From: a virus
Lineage: Duplodnaviria; Heunggongvirae; Uroviricota; Caudoviricetes
Strand: one strand, 5' to 3'
Virus record (IMG/VR): IMGVR_UViG_2939127364_000002
Length of the DNA stretch: 42,479 bases
The position numbers and the translations under genes were made by a program. Position 1 is the first letter of the stretch; every line of letters starts with the position of its first letter. Shown here one piece after another: positions 16,009 to 26,022 of the stretch. Under the pieces are notes generated by a model, which made no database searches, had not been told where the DNA came from, and saw only the letters and a list, made by a program, of their open reading frames with translations.

Positions 16009-16453
16009 GCTGGTTATTTCTGCTTTCCTCCTGACTTTATTCGGTTCTCTCGTCTGGTCAGCTAACCACTACCACAATAAAGCCATTGAATACAAAAAAC
16101 AGCGCGACGAAAACGCTATGGCATTAGATTCGGCTATGGCGACGATCTCTGATATGCAGAAGCGTCAACGTGACGTAGCAGAACTCGATGCCAGATATAC
16201 AAAGGAGCTTGCTGATGCTAACGCGACTATCGAAAGTCTCCGTGCTGATGTTTCTGCTGGTCGTAAGCGCCTGCAAGTCGCCGCCACCTGTGCAAAGTCA
16301 ACGACCGGAGCCAGCGGCATGGGCGATGGAGAAAGCCCAGGACTTACAGCAGATGCTGAACTCAATTATTACCGTCTCCGAAGTGGAATCGACAAGATAA
16401 CCGCGCAGGTTAACTACCTGCAGGAATACATCAGGACGCAATGCCTGAAATAA
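15992..16453 (+). CDS. Rz: Rz i-spanin
   Basis: N-terminal transmembrane segment then ...ANHYHNKAIEYKKQRDENA...RQRDVAELDARYTKELADA... parallel to lambda Rz; start placed at ATG 15992. Confidence 0.8.
   Translation: MKLRYKLVISAFLLTLFGSLVWSANHYHNKAIEYKKQRDENAMALDSAMATISDMQKRQRDVAELDARYTKELADANATIESLRADVSAGRKRLQVAATCAKSTTGASGMGDGESPGLTADAELNYYRLRSGIDKITAQVNYLQEYIRTQCLK
16215..16400 (+). CDS. Rz1: Rz1 o-spanin lipoprotein, embedded in Rz in another frame
   Basis: MLTRLSKVSVLMFLLVVSAC with lipobox Cys, proline-rich mature part; AAGGAG 7 nt upstream of ATG. Confidence 0.7.
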   Translation: MLTRLSKVSVLMFLLVVSACKSPPPVQSQRPEPAAWAMEKAQDLQQMLNSIITVSEVESTR

Positions 16454-16495
16454 TTTTTTTGCAAATCACAAAGTCCATTTAATGAGCCTCGCGAT

Positions 16496-16518
16496 GCGGG
16501 GCTTTTTTATGTCCGCAG
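16496..16518 (+). terminator. Terminator-like hairpin after the lysis cassette
   Basis: Stem gcctcgc/gcggggc (one G-U pair) with 3-nt loop followed by TTTTTT. Confidence 0.45.
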
Positions 16519-16651
16519 TAAACGCGCATCTCACGCGCATATTAACGAGAGCCTTTCAGTAAGCGAGCCTGAGAAATGCCGTTATAGGTGGCGACCTCTC
16601 TCGGGCGGCTTTTCTGTGAGACAGGCTCACTTTCTAAAAGGTAAAGACGCT

Positions 16652-17170
16652 ATGAATCATCAATTGGCTAATCTCGATTTCCGGGACATGGTGGTTGTTT
16701 CTGGTGATCGCGTGATCACAACCTCCCGCAAGGTAGCAGCTTACTTCGACAAGCAGCATCACCACATCATTCAGAAAATCGAAAAGCTAGACTGTTCGGA
16801 TGAATTTCTAACCAGCAACTTTTCGCGGGTTACCTATGAACACAAGGGTAATCAGTATGTTGAATATGAAATTTCCAAAGACGGCGCGATGTACATCATC
16901 ATGTCGTTTACCGGCAAAAAAGCTGCCGCCATCAAAGAGGCGTTTATCAAAGCATTTAATTGGATGCGTGACAGGCTGATGGAGATGGCTCACTCATACC
17001 AAAGAGAGCACAACGAGTTAATGCTGGAGTTCATGAAGGAAAAGGATGTTGCCAGTATGTCAGGACGCTTGCTGAACCGCTGGGGCAGGATCAAAAAACC
17101 GCAACTCATAGCAAGAATCGAAAGGCTTGAGCAGCAGGCGCAAATATCGATCCCCGGACTGCCAAAGTGA
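16652..17170 (+). CDS. Rha-family phage regulatory protein
   Basis: ...DFRDMVVVSGDRVITTSRKVAAYFDKQHHHIIQKIEKL... Rha-like; start placed at ATG 16652. Confidence 0.65.
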   Translation: MNHQLANLDFRDMVVVSGDRVITTSRKVAAYFDKQHHHIIQKIEKLDCSDEFLTSNFSRVTYEHKGNQYVEYEISKDGAMYIIMSFTGKKAAAIKEAFIKAFNWMRDRLMEMAHSYQREHNELMLEFMKEKDVASMSGRLLNRWGRIKKPQLIARIERLEQQAQISIPGLPK

Positions 17171-17583
17171 CCATTCCAAAGCCCATCTACTGGTGGGCTT
17201 GATAATGAAACCGTGATTTACATCCCTCACAATCCAGGTATGTAAAAGCTGGATCATGCGAGAACGGATTTAACTAAATCTGTGCGCCACCAGTTAACGG
17301 CAGTACCACGAAACAACCCAAGCCAGTAAGTGGGGAAATAACACTGGCAGCCACTGAAAGATGAACCTCCTGCCTTATGGCAAAAAAGATTCTTTGTGGT
17401 GGCGGACTGATGGAAAGACATCGGTTATTGCAGAGGCCATTCAATGAGTGGTCTCGACAATGGCTTATACCCTACACGGGATAACTTAACTGATATCCCT
17501 TTTAACGGATAAACGGAGCCAATAATGGCAGAGAATGTCGGCATTATGGCAGTGAAATTTGGATAAATCGGAGATTAGTACAT

Positions 17584-17934
17584 ATGCCGCCACGAACCCC
17601 AAAAGCCTGCCGTGTTCGCGGTTGCCGCCATACCACAACTGACCCGTCAGGCTATTGCGAAAGCCACAAAAGTGAAGGCTGGAAGCAATACAAGCCAGGA
17701 CAATCCCGTCATCAGCGCGGTTATGGTTCGAAGTGGGACAGTATCCGCGCGGGTGTCCTGAAGCGTGACAAAGGCCTGTGTCAGTTATGTCTGCGTGCTG
17801 GTGTGGTGCGTGAGGCGAAAACCGTTGACCACATCATCCCTAAAGCGCATGGCGGCACTGATGCAGACTGCAATCTGCAGAGCCTGTGCTGGCCGTGTCA
17901 TAAGGCGAAGACGGCCCGTGAACGGCTAAAGTGA
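17584..17934 (+). CDS. HNH endonuclease, packaging-associated
   Basis: Cys-rich N-terminus and ...VDHIIPKAHGGTDADCNLQSLCWPCHKAKT... HNH motif; immediately upstream of the terminase genes. Confidence 0.85.
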   Translation: MPPRTPKACRVRGCRHTTTDPSGYCESHKSEGWKQYKPGQSRHQRGYGSKWDSIRAGVLKRDKGLCQLCLRAGVVREAKTVDHIIPKAHGGTDADCNLQSLCWPCHKAKTARERLK

Positions 17935-17958
17935 TAATAATTCTCAACTGCATGAGGG

Positions 17959-18009
17959 GAGGGGCGGGTCAAATCCCTGCAGCCTGACATCTTCCGGACT
18001 GCCCGCCCC
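17959..18009. other. Candidate cos region: G/C-rich inverted repeat
   Basis: GGGGCGGG (17961..17968) and CCCGCCCC (18002..18009) between the HNH gene and the terminase small subunit. Confidence 0.3.
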
Positions 18010-18059
18010 ATCGTTTTTTTATACCCGCGAAAAATGAAATTTAACCAGGAGTGCCGCAT

Positions 18060-18554
18060 ATGGCTGGAACGGCGGGGCGTTCCGGGCGTCGCCCCAAGCC
18101 AACGGCGCGCAAGGCGCTGGCCGGAAACCCCGGCAAGCGAGCCCTGAACAAAGATGAACCTGTTTTTACGCCCATCAAAGGTGTTGAGCCACCGGAGTGG
18201 TTCGCTGAAGAAGATCTCCCTCTCGCTACAATCATGTGGCAACTGACAACTAAAGAACTCTGCGGTCAGGGCCTGCTGTGCGTGACTGACCTCGCGGTGC
18301 TTGAGCGGTGGTGCGTGGCCTATGAGTTCTGGCGACGTGCCGTGAAAAATATTGCCAGACAGGGCAACACCATCACCGGTGCAATGGGCGGCATGGTCAA
18401 AAATCCGGAGCTGACCGCCAAGAAAGAACAGGAGTCCGAGATGAGCAGCACGGGGGCAATGCTCGGACTCGACCCCAGCAGCCGCCAGCGTCTGATTGGC
18501 CTGGCGGGGAAGAAGAAAGCCACTAACCCGTTTCTGAAAATCATCGAATCATGA
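18060..18554 (+). CDS. Terminase small subunit (P27-like)
   Basis: [34 protein letters not shown]... typical P27-family N-terminus; AGGAG RBS; ATGA overlap with the large subunit. Confidence 0.8.
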   Translation: MAGTAGRSGRRPKPTARKALAGNPGKRALNKDEPVFTPIKGVEPPEWFAEEDLPLATIMWQLTTKELCGQGLLCVTDLAVLERWCVAYEFWRRAVKNIARQGNTITGAMGGMVKNPELTAKKEQESEMSSTGAMLGLDPSSRQRLIGLAGKKKATNPFLKIIES

Positions 18555-20284
18555 GCCGGAAATCTTACCCCAACGTAAATGCTGCCAATCAGTATGCCCG
18601 TGATGTCGTGCGCGGAAAGATTGTGGCCTGCCAGTTTGTGATTCAGGCCTGCCAGCGCCATCTTGATGACCTGATGGAGGAAAAAAGTAAGTCGTTTCGT
18701 TACCGCTTCGACAAGGACCTGGCTGAACGGGCCGCGAAATTTATTCAGCTGTTGCCGCACACCAAGGGTGAGTGGGCATTTAAACGGATGCCCATCACGC
18801 TGGAGCCGTGGCAGCTCTTTGTGATCTGCTGTGCGTTTGGCTGGGTCAATAAAGGTACCCGGCTGCGCCGCTTCCGGGAGGTGTATACCGAAATCCCCCG
18901 TAAGAACGGCAAATCGGCAATCTCTGCCGGTGTCGCCCTGTATTGTTTTGCCTGTGATAACGAGTTTGGCGCGGAAGTGTATTCCGGTGCCACGACAGAG
19001 AAACAGGCGTGGGAAGTCTTTCGCCCGGCGCGACTGATGTGTAAACGCACGCCCATGCTGACGGAAGCGTTCGGGATTGAGGTTAACGCCTCAAACATGA
19101 ACCGTCCGGAGGATGGCGCGCGGTTTGAACCGCTGATCGGTAACCCCGGTGATGGTTCATCACCCCACTGTGCGGTGGTGGATGAATATCACGAGCATGC
19201 CACCGATGCACTTTACACCACGATGCTTACCGGGATGGGGGCGCGACGTCAGCCACTGATGTGGGCCATCACCACCGCCGGGTACAACATTGAGGGGCCG
19301 TGCTACGACAAACGGCGGGAAGTCATCGAGATGCTCAACGGCTCGGTGCCTAACGATGAACTGTTCGGGATCATCTATACCGTTGATGAAGGTGACGACT
19401 GGACCGACCCGCAGGTGCTGGAAAAAGCCAATCCAAATATTGGCGTGTCGGTTTATCGCGAATTTTTGTTAAGTCAGCAGCAGCGTGCGAAAAATAACGC
19501 CCGTCTGGCAAACGTCTTTAAAACAAAACACCTCAATATCTGGGTGTCGGCGCGTTCGGCGTATTTCAACCTGGTGAGCTGGCAGAGCTGCGAGGATAAA
19601 TCACTGACCCTTGAGCAGTTCGAGGGGCAGCCGTGCATTCTGGCCTTTGACCTGGCGCGTAAGCTGGATATGAACAGTATGGCGCGACTTTATACCCGCG
19701 AGATTGACGGTAAAACGCATTACTACAGTGTGGCTCCGCGCTTCTGGGTACCGTATGACACGGTGTACAGCGTCGAGAAAAATGAAGATCGCCGGACAGC
19801 CGAGCGCTTTCAGAAATGGGTGGAAATGGGCGTTCTGACCGTTACCGATGGTGCGGAGGTGGATTATCGCTACATCCTCGAAGAGGCCAAAGCGGCGAAC
19901 AAAATCAGCCCGGTCAGCGAGTCACCCATCGACCCCTTCGGGGCGACCGGGTTGTCACATGACCTTGCTGATGAAGACCTGAACCCCGTCACCATCATTC
20001 AGAACTACACCAACATGTCCGACCCGATGAAAGAGCTGGAAGCGGCAATTGAATCGGGGCGCTTTCATCATGATGGCAATCCCATCATGACCTGGTGTAT
20101 CGGCAACGTGGTCGGAAAAACCATTCCGGGTAACGATGATGTGGTGAAACCTGTCAAAGAGCAGGCGGAAAACAAAATTGACGGTGCAGTTGCGCTGATT
20201 ATGGCGGTTGGCAGAGCCATGCTGTACGAGAAAGAAGACACGCTGTCTGACCACATTGAGTCCTATGGGATCCGCTCGCTTTAA
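18551..20284 (+). CDS. Terminase large subunit
   Basis: 577-aa ORF directly after the small subunit with typical terminase length and ATPase-like central region. Confidence 0.85.
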   Translation: MSRKSYPNVNAANQYARDVVRGKIVACQFVIQACQRHLDDLMEEKSKSFRYRFDKDLAERAAKFIQLLPHTKGEWAFKRMPITLEPWQLFVICCAFGWVNKGTRLRRFREVYTEIPRKNGKSAISAGVALYCFACDNEFGAEVYSGATTEKQAWEVFRPARLMCKRTPMLTEAFGIEVNASNMNRPEDGARFEPLIGNPGDGSSPHCAVVDEYHEHATDALYTTMLTGMGARRQPLMWAITTAGYNIEGPCYDKRREVIEMLNGSVPNDELFGIIYTVDEGDDWTDPQVLEKANPNIGVSVYREFLLSQQQRAKNNARLANVFKTKHLNIWVSARSAYFNLVSWQSCEDKSLTLEQFEGQPCILAFDLARKLDMNSMARLYTREIDGKTHYYSVAPRFWVPYDTVYSVEKNEDRRTAERFQKWVEMGVLTVTDGAEVDYRYILEEAKAANKISPVSESPIDPFGATGLSHDLADEDLNPVTIIQNYTNMSDPMKELEAAIESGRFHHDGNPIMTWCIGNVVGKTIPGNDDVVKPVKEQAENKIDGAVALIMAVGRAMLYEKEDTLSDHIESYGIRSL

Positions 20285-20295
20285 CTGAGGTAATT

Positions 20296-20478
20296 ATGAT
20301 CATGCTGATTCTCGCGCCTCTGGTGGGCGTGCTGGGGGCGCTTTTGCTGGCGTATGGTGCCTGGCTGATTTATCCCCCGGCGGGGTTTGTTGTTGCCGGG
20401 GCGTTGTGCCTGTTCTGGTCGTGGCTGGTGGCGCGATATCTCGACCGTACACAGTCGTCTGCCGGCGGAGGTAAATAG
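20296..20478 (+). CDS. Hypothetical small membrane protein (60 aa)
   Basis: Two hydrophobic segments ([26 protein letters not shown]...); GAGGT RBS; stop overlaps the portal GTG start. Confidence 0.45.
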   Translation: MIMLILAPLVGVLGALLLAYGAWLIYPPAGFVVAGALCLFWSWLVARYLDRTQSSAGGGK

Positions 20479-21719
20479 TGTTCTTTTCGGGATTATTTCA
20501 ACGAAAAAGTGACGCACCGGTGACCACGCCAGCAGAGCTGGCGGATGCTATCGGGTTGTCCTACGACACCTATACCGGAAAGCAGATCAGCAGCCAGCGG
20601 GCCATGCGACTGACGGCGGTTTTTTCCTGTGTCAGGGTGCTGGCGGAGTCGGTCGGGATGTTGCCCTGCAACCTGTATCACCTGAACGGCAGCCTGAAGC
20701 AGAGAGCCACTGGCGAACGTCTGCATAAACTGATCTCCACGCATCCCAATGGCTATATGACGCCGCAGGAGTTCTGGGAGCTGGTGGTCACCTGTCTGTG
20801 CCTGCGGGGAAACTTTTACGCCTACAAAGTGAAAGCATTTGGCGAAGTGGCTGAACTGCTGCCCGTCGATCCCGGCTGTGTGGTACCGAAGCTTAACAGT
20901 AGCTGGGAGCCGGTTTACCAGGTCACATTTCCGGACGGCTCCACGGATGTACTGAGCCAGGAAGATATCTGGCATGTGCGCACGCTGACGCTGGACGGTC
21001 TGGTGGGGCTGAATCCCATCGCCTATGCCCGCGAGGCAATATCGCTGGCGGCAGCGACCGAAGAGCACGGGGCCAGACTGTTCAGCAATGGCGCGGTGAC
21101 GTCGGGTGTGTTGCGTACAGAGCAGACGCTGTCAGATCAGGCTTATGAGCGCCTGAAGAAAGATTTTGAGGAGCGTCACACCGGGCTTGGCAATGCTCAC
21201 CGCCCGATGATCCTTGAGATGGGGCTGGACTGGAAGTCGATGGCGCTGAACGCCGAGGACAGCCAGTTCCTGGAAACCCGCAAGTTTCAGCTTGAAGAAA
21301 TCTGTCGTCTGTTCCGTGTGCCCTTGCACATGGTGCAGAACACCGATCGTGCCACCTTCAACAATATCGAAGAGCTGGGGCTGGGATTTATCAACTATTC
21401 ACTGGTGCCGTATCTGACCCGCATCGAACAGCGGATCAACACCGGACTGGTACGAAAAAGTAAGCAGGGCGTTTATTACGCCAAATTTAACGCCGGGGCG
21501 TTACTGCGCGGGGATATGAAGTCCCGTTTTGAAGCCTACGCCACCGGGATCAACTGGGGAATTTACTCTCCCAATGACTGCCGCGACCTGGAAGATATGA
21601 ATCCGCGTCCCGGTGGTGATGTCTATCTCACACCGATGAACATGACCACGAAACCCTCCGATGGCAGTAAAGCCGGTAAGCAGAAGGATAACGCCAATGC
21701 AGACGAAACAACGTCTTGA
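20478..21719 (+). CDS. Portal protein (HK97-type)
   Basis: 413-aa ORF after the terminase; GGAGGT RBS before GTG; size and order fit an HK97-type portal. Confidence 0.85.
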   Translation: MFFSGLFQRKSDAPVTTPAELADAIGLSYDTYTGKQISSQRAMRLTAVFSCVRVLAESVGMLPCNLYHLNGSLKQRATGERLHKLISTHPNGYMTPQEFWELVVTCLCLRGNFYAYKVKAFGEVAELLPVDPGCVVPKLNSSWEPVYQVTFPDGSTDVLSQEDIWHVRTLTLDGLVGLNPIAYAREAISLAAATEEHGARLFSNGAVTSGVLRTEQTLSDQAYERLKKDFEERHTGLGNAHRPMILEMGLDWKSMALNAEDSQFLETRKFQLEEICRLFRVPLHMVQNTDRATFNNIEELGLGFINYSLVPYLTRIEQRINTGLVRKSKQGVYYAKFNAGALLRGDMKSRFEAYATGINWGIYSPNDCRDLEDMNPRPGGDVYLTPMNMTTKPSDGSKAGKQKDNANADETTS

Positions 21720-22347
21720 TGTACCGCTGAGTCTGAAATCTGTCAGTGACTCCGGTGAGTTTGAAGGGTATGGCTCCGTCTTTGGTGTAAAGGACAGCCA
21801 CGATGATGTGGTGATGTCCGGGGCATTTGCTGCTTCCCTACGGGCGTGGAGTGACAGAAAAGCGTTACCTGCGCTGCTCTGGCAGCACCGCATGGATGAA
21901 CCCATCGGTGTTTACACCGAAATGAAGGAAGACGATGTCGGGCTTTACGTCAGGGGACGGTTGCTTATTGATGATGATCCCCTCGCAAAACGCGCACATG
22001 CACACATGAAGGCCGGTTCGTTAACCGGCCTTTCTATTGGGTACGTCCTGAAAGACTGGGAATACGACCGGAGCAAAGAAGCCTTTCTGCTGAAAGAAAT
22101 CGACCTCTGGGAAGTCAGCCTGGTGACGTTCCCGTCTAACGACGAGGCGCGGATCAGCGACGTCAAGAACGCACTGGCCCGCGGGGAAATCCCCGAACAG
22201 AAAAAAATCGAAAGAGTCCTGCGTGATGTCGGACTCTCCCGTACCCAGGCCAAAGCATTCATGGCCGGGGGCTATGGCGCACTGTCCCTGCGCGACGCTG
22301 AGGATGTGGGCTCTGCACTGAATGCACTGAAAAATCTGAACTTCTAA
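21697..22347 (+). CDS. Prohead maturation protease (HK97-type)
   Basis: Start placed at ATG 21697 with AAGGA RBS; position between portal and capsid genes. Confidence 0.8.
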   Translation: MQTKQRLDVPLSLKSVSDSGEFEGYGSVFGVKDSHDDVVMSGAFAASLRAWSDRKALPALLWQHRMDEPIGVYTEMKEDDVGLYVRGRLLIDDDPLAKRAHAHMKAGSLTGLSIGYVLKDWEYDRSKEAFLLKEIDLWEVSLVTFPSNDEARISDVKNALARGEIPEQKKIERVLRDVGLSRTQAKAFMAGGYGALSLRDAEDVGSALNALKNLNF

Positions 22348-22361
22348 TCAGGAGAAATACG

Positions 22362-23567
22362 ATGGCGGTTGATATTAAAGATGTCGAACAGGTCGCGCAG
22401 GAGCTGCAGCAGAAGTTTGACGACTTCAAAGCAAAGAACGACAAGCGCGTTGAGGCGATTGAGCAGGAAAAAGGCAAACTTGCCGGGCAGGTGGAAACCC
22501 TGAACGGGAAACTCAGCGAGCTGGAAAATCTCAAAAGCGACCTTGAAAAAGAGCTGCTTGAGCTGAAACGTCCGGCAGGTGGTGCGCAAAATAAACTGGC
22601 CACAGAGCACAAAGAGGCGTTTGTGGGCTTTCTGCGTAAAGGCCGTGAAGACGGTCTGCGCGATCTGGAGCGCAAGGCATTGCAGGTGGGCACCAATGAA
22701 GACGGCGGCTATGCCGTGCCGGAAGAACTGGATCGCAACATTCTCAATCTGCTGAAAGATGAAGTGGTGATGCGCCAGGAAGCCACGGTGATCACCGTTG
22801 GCGGTTCCGACTACAAAAAACTGGTGAATCTGGGCGGCACGGCTTCCGGATGGGTTGGCGAGACTGACGCGCGCTCCCAGACTGCCACCTCAAAACTGGG
22901 ACTGATTGAACCTTTCATGGGGGAAATCTACGGTAACCCGCAGGCCACCCAGAAAATGCTGGATGATGCTTTCTTCAACGTGGAGGCCTGGATCAACAGC
23001 GAGCTGGCAACCGAATTTGCCGAACAGGAAGAAATTGCCTTTACCACCGGCGATGGTGCCAAGAAGCCGAAAGGGTTCCTGGCGTATGAGTCCACTGCTG
23101 AAACCGATAAGGTTCGTGCGTTCGGTAAACTTCAGCATATTGTATCCGGTGAAGCGACGACGGTGACCGCAGACGCCATTATCAAACTGATTTACACGCT
23201 GCGTAAGGCACACCGCACTGGCGCGAAGTTCATGATGAACAACAACAGCCTGTTTGCCATCCGTCTGCTGAAAGACACCGAGGGTAACTATCTGTGGCGT
23301 CCGGGGCTGGAGCTGGGGCAACCGTCCTCTCTGGCGGGTTACGGTATCGCTGAAAACGAACAGATGCCGGATATCGCCGCTGATGCGAAAGCTATTGCAT
23401 TTGGTAACTTCAAACGGGGTTACACCATCGTTGACCGTATCGGTACCCGCATTCTGCGTGATCCGTACACCAATAAACCGTTTGTCGGTTTTTATACCAC
23501 CAAGCGCACCGGCGGCATGCTGGTCGATTCGCAGGCCATCAAACTGCTGAAGATTGCAGCGGCGTAA
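22362..23567 (+). CDS. Major capsid protein (HK97 fold) with N-terminal scaffolding-like coiled-coil domain
   Basis: 401 aa; coiled-coil N-terminus (...KLAGQVETLNGKLSELENLKSDLEKELLELK...) then capsid core; AGGAG RBS. Confidence 0.9.
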   Translation: MAVDIKDVEQVAQELQQKFDDFKAKNDKRVEAIEQEKGKLAGQVETLNGKLSELENLKSDLEKELLELKRPAGGAQNKLATEHKEAFVGFLRKGREDGLRDLERKALQVGTNEDGGYAVPEELDRNILNLLKDEVVMRQEATVITVGGSDYKKLVNLGGTASGWVGETDARSQTATSKLGLIEPFMGEIYGNPQATQKMLDDAFFNVEAWINSELATEFAEQEEIAFTTGDGAKKPKGFLAYESTAETDKVRAFGKLQHIVSGEATTVTADAIIKLIYTLRKAHRTGAKFMMNNNSLFAIRLLKDTEGNYLWRPGLELGQPSSLAGYGIAENEQMPDIAADAKAIAFGNFKRGYTIVDRIGTRILRDPYTNKPFVGFYTTKRTGGMLVDSQAIKLLKIAAA

Positions 23568-23574
23568 TCACTCA

Positions 23575-23594
23575 GGGGCGCTGAATTGCGCCCC
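23575..23594 (+). terminator. Stable hairpin after the capsid gene (possible attenuator)
   Basis: Stem ggggcgc/gcgcccc with 6-nt loop; downstream tract is only weakly U-rich. Confidence 0.35.
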
Positions 23595-23617
23595 CTGTTC
23601 TGACAGGTGAAAGAATC

Positions 23618-23806
23618 ATGATCCTGAAACAAGATCTGAAATGGTCACCGGACGGTATGCGCGTTGAGATCATTCGTGCTGGTGAGTATGAAGATAAAGA
23701 ATTACCCGAACGGGTACGTGAAATTGCCACTGCAGCAGGGATTGTTTCTGATAAGAGAACACCTGTTGCACGGGTATCTGATAAGGCTAAAAAACAGCAT
23801 TCATAG
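23618..23806 (+). CDS. Hypothetical head-region protein (62 aa)
   Basis: Track ORF with plausible RBS; no family recognised. Confidence 0.4.
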   Translation: MILKQDLKWSPDGMRVEIIRAGEYEDKELPERVREIATAAGIVSDKRTPVARVSDKAKKQHS

Positions 23807-23817
23807 AGGTAGCCCAA

Positions 23818-24123
23818 ATGATGCCTACTCTGGAAGAGCTTCGTGTTCAGTGCCGGATTGATGATGACAATGAACAGGAGAATGCACTTCTTATGATGTA
23901 TCTGGCAGCAGCCAGAGAAGAGGCTGAAAAGTTTTTAAACCGGACACTTCACGATGAAACTGTTCCTGATCAGGATACGACCGGGCTTGTAATAACACCG
24001 CTGATAAAGTTGCGTCTTATGCAACTGGTTGGCTACTGGTACGAGAACAGGGAAATGCAGGATGCTGTACCTGATTTTTTCTATACCGGACTCCGAATGT
24101 ATCGGTTTCATCCCGGAACGTAG
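23818..24123 (+). CDS. Head-tail connector protein (gp6-like)
   Basis: About 100 aa, MMPTLEELRVQCRIDDDNEQENALLMMYLAAAREEAEKFLNR... typical of gp6-like connectors. Confidence 0.7.
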   Translation: MMPTLEELRVQCRIDDDNEQENALLMMYLAAAREEAEKFLNRTLHDETVPDQDTTGLVITPLIKLRLMQLVGYWYENREMQDAVPDFFYTGLRMYRFHPGT

Positions 24124-24132
24124 GAGGATTTC

Positions 24133-24471
24133 ATGCAGGCAGGAAGATTACGTGATCGCGTGGTTATTCTGAATATTACGACCTCCCGTACCCCTTCAGG
24201 TCACCCGGAGGAAACCCTGAAAGAGGGGGCTACGGTATGGGCAGAGGTTAAGGGGATCAGTGGGCGGGAACGTATATCGGGCGGTGCGGAAACCGCGCAG
24301 ACAACAGTAAGAGTCTGGATGCGATTTCGGCGCGATGTGACGGCCGCCTCACGTCTGAAAGTGCTGACCGGGGCATTCAAGGGAGCCATTCTGAATATCG
24401 ACGGGCCGCCGATCCCGGACGCACGATCCTCCAGGCTTGAAATACTTTGCAGCCAGAGAGGTGGAATGTGA
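24133..24471 (+). CDS. Head-tail adaptor / head closure protein
   Basis: MQAGRLRDRVVILN... N-terminus typical of head-tail adaptor family; AGGAGG RBS. Confidence 0.7.
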   Translation: MQAGRLRDRVVILNITTSRTPSGHPEETLKEGATVWAEVKGISGRERISGGAETAQTTVRVWMRFRRDVTAASRLKVLTGAFKGAILNIDGPPIPDARSSRLEILCSQRGGM

Positions 24472-24917
24472 CGGATTTTAGTCTGGATTTTTCTGGCCTG
24501 GCGGATATTGCAAGAGATCTGGAACTTCTCAGCAGAGCAGAGAGTAATAAGGTGCTTCGCGATGCCTCCCGTGCCGGTGCAGAGGTTATCCGGGGGGCGG
24601 TTATTGACCATGCGCCAGAGCGAACCGGAAAACTGAAGAAAAATGTGGTTATTCTGACTCAGCGTTCAAAGCGTCGGGGGGAAATTATCTCGGGTGTCCA
24701 CATTCGTGGACGGAACCTGCGGACCGGAAACAGTGATAACAGCATGAAAGCCAGTGATCCCCGAAATGCGTTTTACTGGCGCTTTGTGGAGCTGGGAACG
24801 ATAAACATGCCCGCGCATCCGTTCATTCGCCCGGCTTTCGATACGACAGAGGAACTGGCAGCACAGATTGCCATACAGCGAATGAATCAGGCTATTGATG
24901 AGGTCTTAAGTAAATGA
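24468..24917 (+). CDS. Neck/tail-completion protein (HK97 gp10-like)
   Basis: Start at GTG 24468 overlapping the upstream stop (GTGA); family call from order and sequence character. Confidence 0.6.
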   Translation: MTDFSLDFSGLADIARDLELLSRAESNKVLRDASRAGAEVIRGAVIDHAPERTGKLKKNVVILTQRSKRRGEIISGVHIRGRNLRTGNSDNSMKASDPRNAFYWRFVELGTINMPAHPFIRPAFDTTEELAAQIAIQRMNQAIDEVLSK

Positions 24918-25258
24918 GAGAGACCACACTGTATTCCCTGCTGTCTCAACTGGCCGGAGGACAGGTTTATCCTTATGTGGTCCCGCTGACGGAGGGAAAG
25001 CCTGCGGTATCTCCGCCATGGCTGGTATTTTCTGTGGTGTCTGACACTGCGTCTGATGTGCTTGATGGTCAGGCTGAATCCAGAATTACCGTGCAGATCG
25101 ATGTCTGGGCAACAGTACCTGATGACGCAGATGATATCCGTGAGCAGGCGCTTGATGCGGTAAGGCAACTTGCACCCTCCGTTATTTCTAAAACTCAGGG
25201 TTATGATCCTGATTCCCGTCTGAGCAGAGCCACGCTTGAATTTCAGGTAATAGCCTGA
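24914..25258 (+). CDS. Tail terminator-like protein (DUF3168-like)
   Basis: 114 aa, last gene before the major tail protein; ATGA overlap with the upstream gene. Confidence 0.6.
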   Translation: MRETTLYSLLSQLAGGQVYPYVVPLTEGKPAVSPPWLVFSVVSDTASDVLDGQAESRITVQIDVWATVPDDADDIREQALDAVRQLAPSVISKTQGYDPDSRLSRATLEFQVIA

Positions 25259-25279
25259 GGTCGTTAATGATTTTACCCA

Positions 25280-25300
25280 CCCGCCGCTGGCGGGTTTTTT
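25280..25300 (+). terminator. Intrinsic terminator-like hairpin upstream of the major tail gene
   Basis: Stem cccgcc/ggcggg with 3-nt loop followed by TTTTTTATTTT. Confidence 0.5.
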
Positions 25301-25317
25301 ATTTTCAGGAGACGAGT

Positions 25318-26022
25318 ATGTCCTCTAATTTTGAACGTTCTCAGCAGACCAAAGTCATGATCTCGTCTGCACCGGTAACGGCAGAAACGCTGAGTTCTGC
25401 CAGTTTTCTTGAACTGAGCTGTACGATTAAAGAGGTTCAGTTTACCGCCGGGCAGAAACAGGATATTGATGTCACTACGCTGTGTTCTACCGAGCAGGAG
25501 AATATCAACGGTTTTGGGGCTGCTTCAGAGATTTCCATGTCAGGAAACTTTTATCTCAACGCTGCCCAGAACGCGTTGCGTAGTGCTTATGACAACGACA
25601 CCACATACGGTTTCAAAGTTATTTTCCCGTCAGGAAATGGATTTACCTTTATGGCAGAAGTTCGCCAGCATACCTGGTCTGTGGGAACCAACGGTGTTGT
25701 TGCTGCCACATTTTCCCTGCGCCTGAAAGGAAAGCCCTCTCTGACCACTGAACCTTTGAAACTCCTCTCTGATTTGAAAAGTACACTACAGGTTTCTGCC
25801 AGTGAAACGCTGAATATGTCTGTTGAGGCATCAGGTGGTGTGCCTCCTTATTCATATGTCTGGAAGAAAGGCAGCTCTCCAGTTTCCGGGCAGACATCGG
25901 CAACTTTCAACAAGGCCTCCGTGACATCCGGTGATGCCGGTGCGTATACCTGCGAGATTTCTGATTCAGCAAGCCCTGTTAACAAGGTGACCTCCACTTC
26001 CTGCACTGTTACCGTCAGTTAA
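25318..26022 (+). CDS. Major tail protein with C-terminal Ig-like domain
   Basis: Start placed at ATG 25318 (AGGAG RBS) because the track start 25267 runs through the terminator hairpin; C-terminal ...PPYSYVWKKGSSPVSGQ... Ig-like segment. Confidence 0.85.
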   Translation: MSSNFERSQQTKVMISSAPVTAETLSSASFLELSCTIKEVQFTAGQKQDIDVTTLCSTEQENINGFGAASEISMSGNFYLNAAQNALRSAYDNDTTYGFKVIFPSGNGFTFMAEVRQHTWSVGTNGVVAATFSLRLKGKPSLTTEPLKLLSDLKSTLQVSASETLNMSVEASGGVPPYSYVWKKGSSPVSGQTSATFNKASVTSGDAGAYTCEISDSASPVNKVTSTSCTVTVS

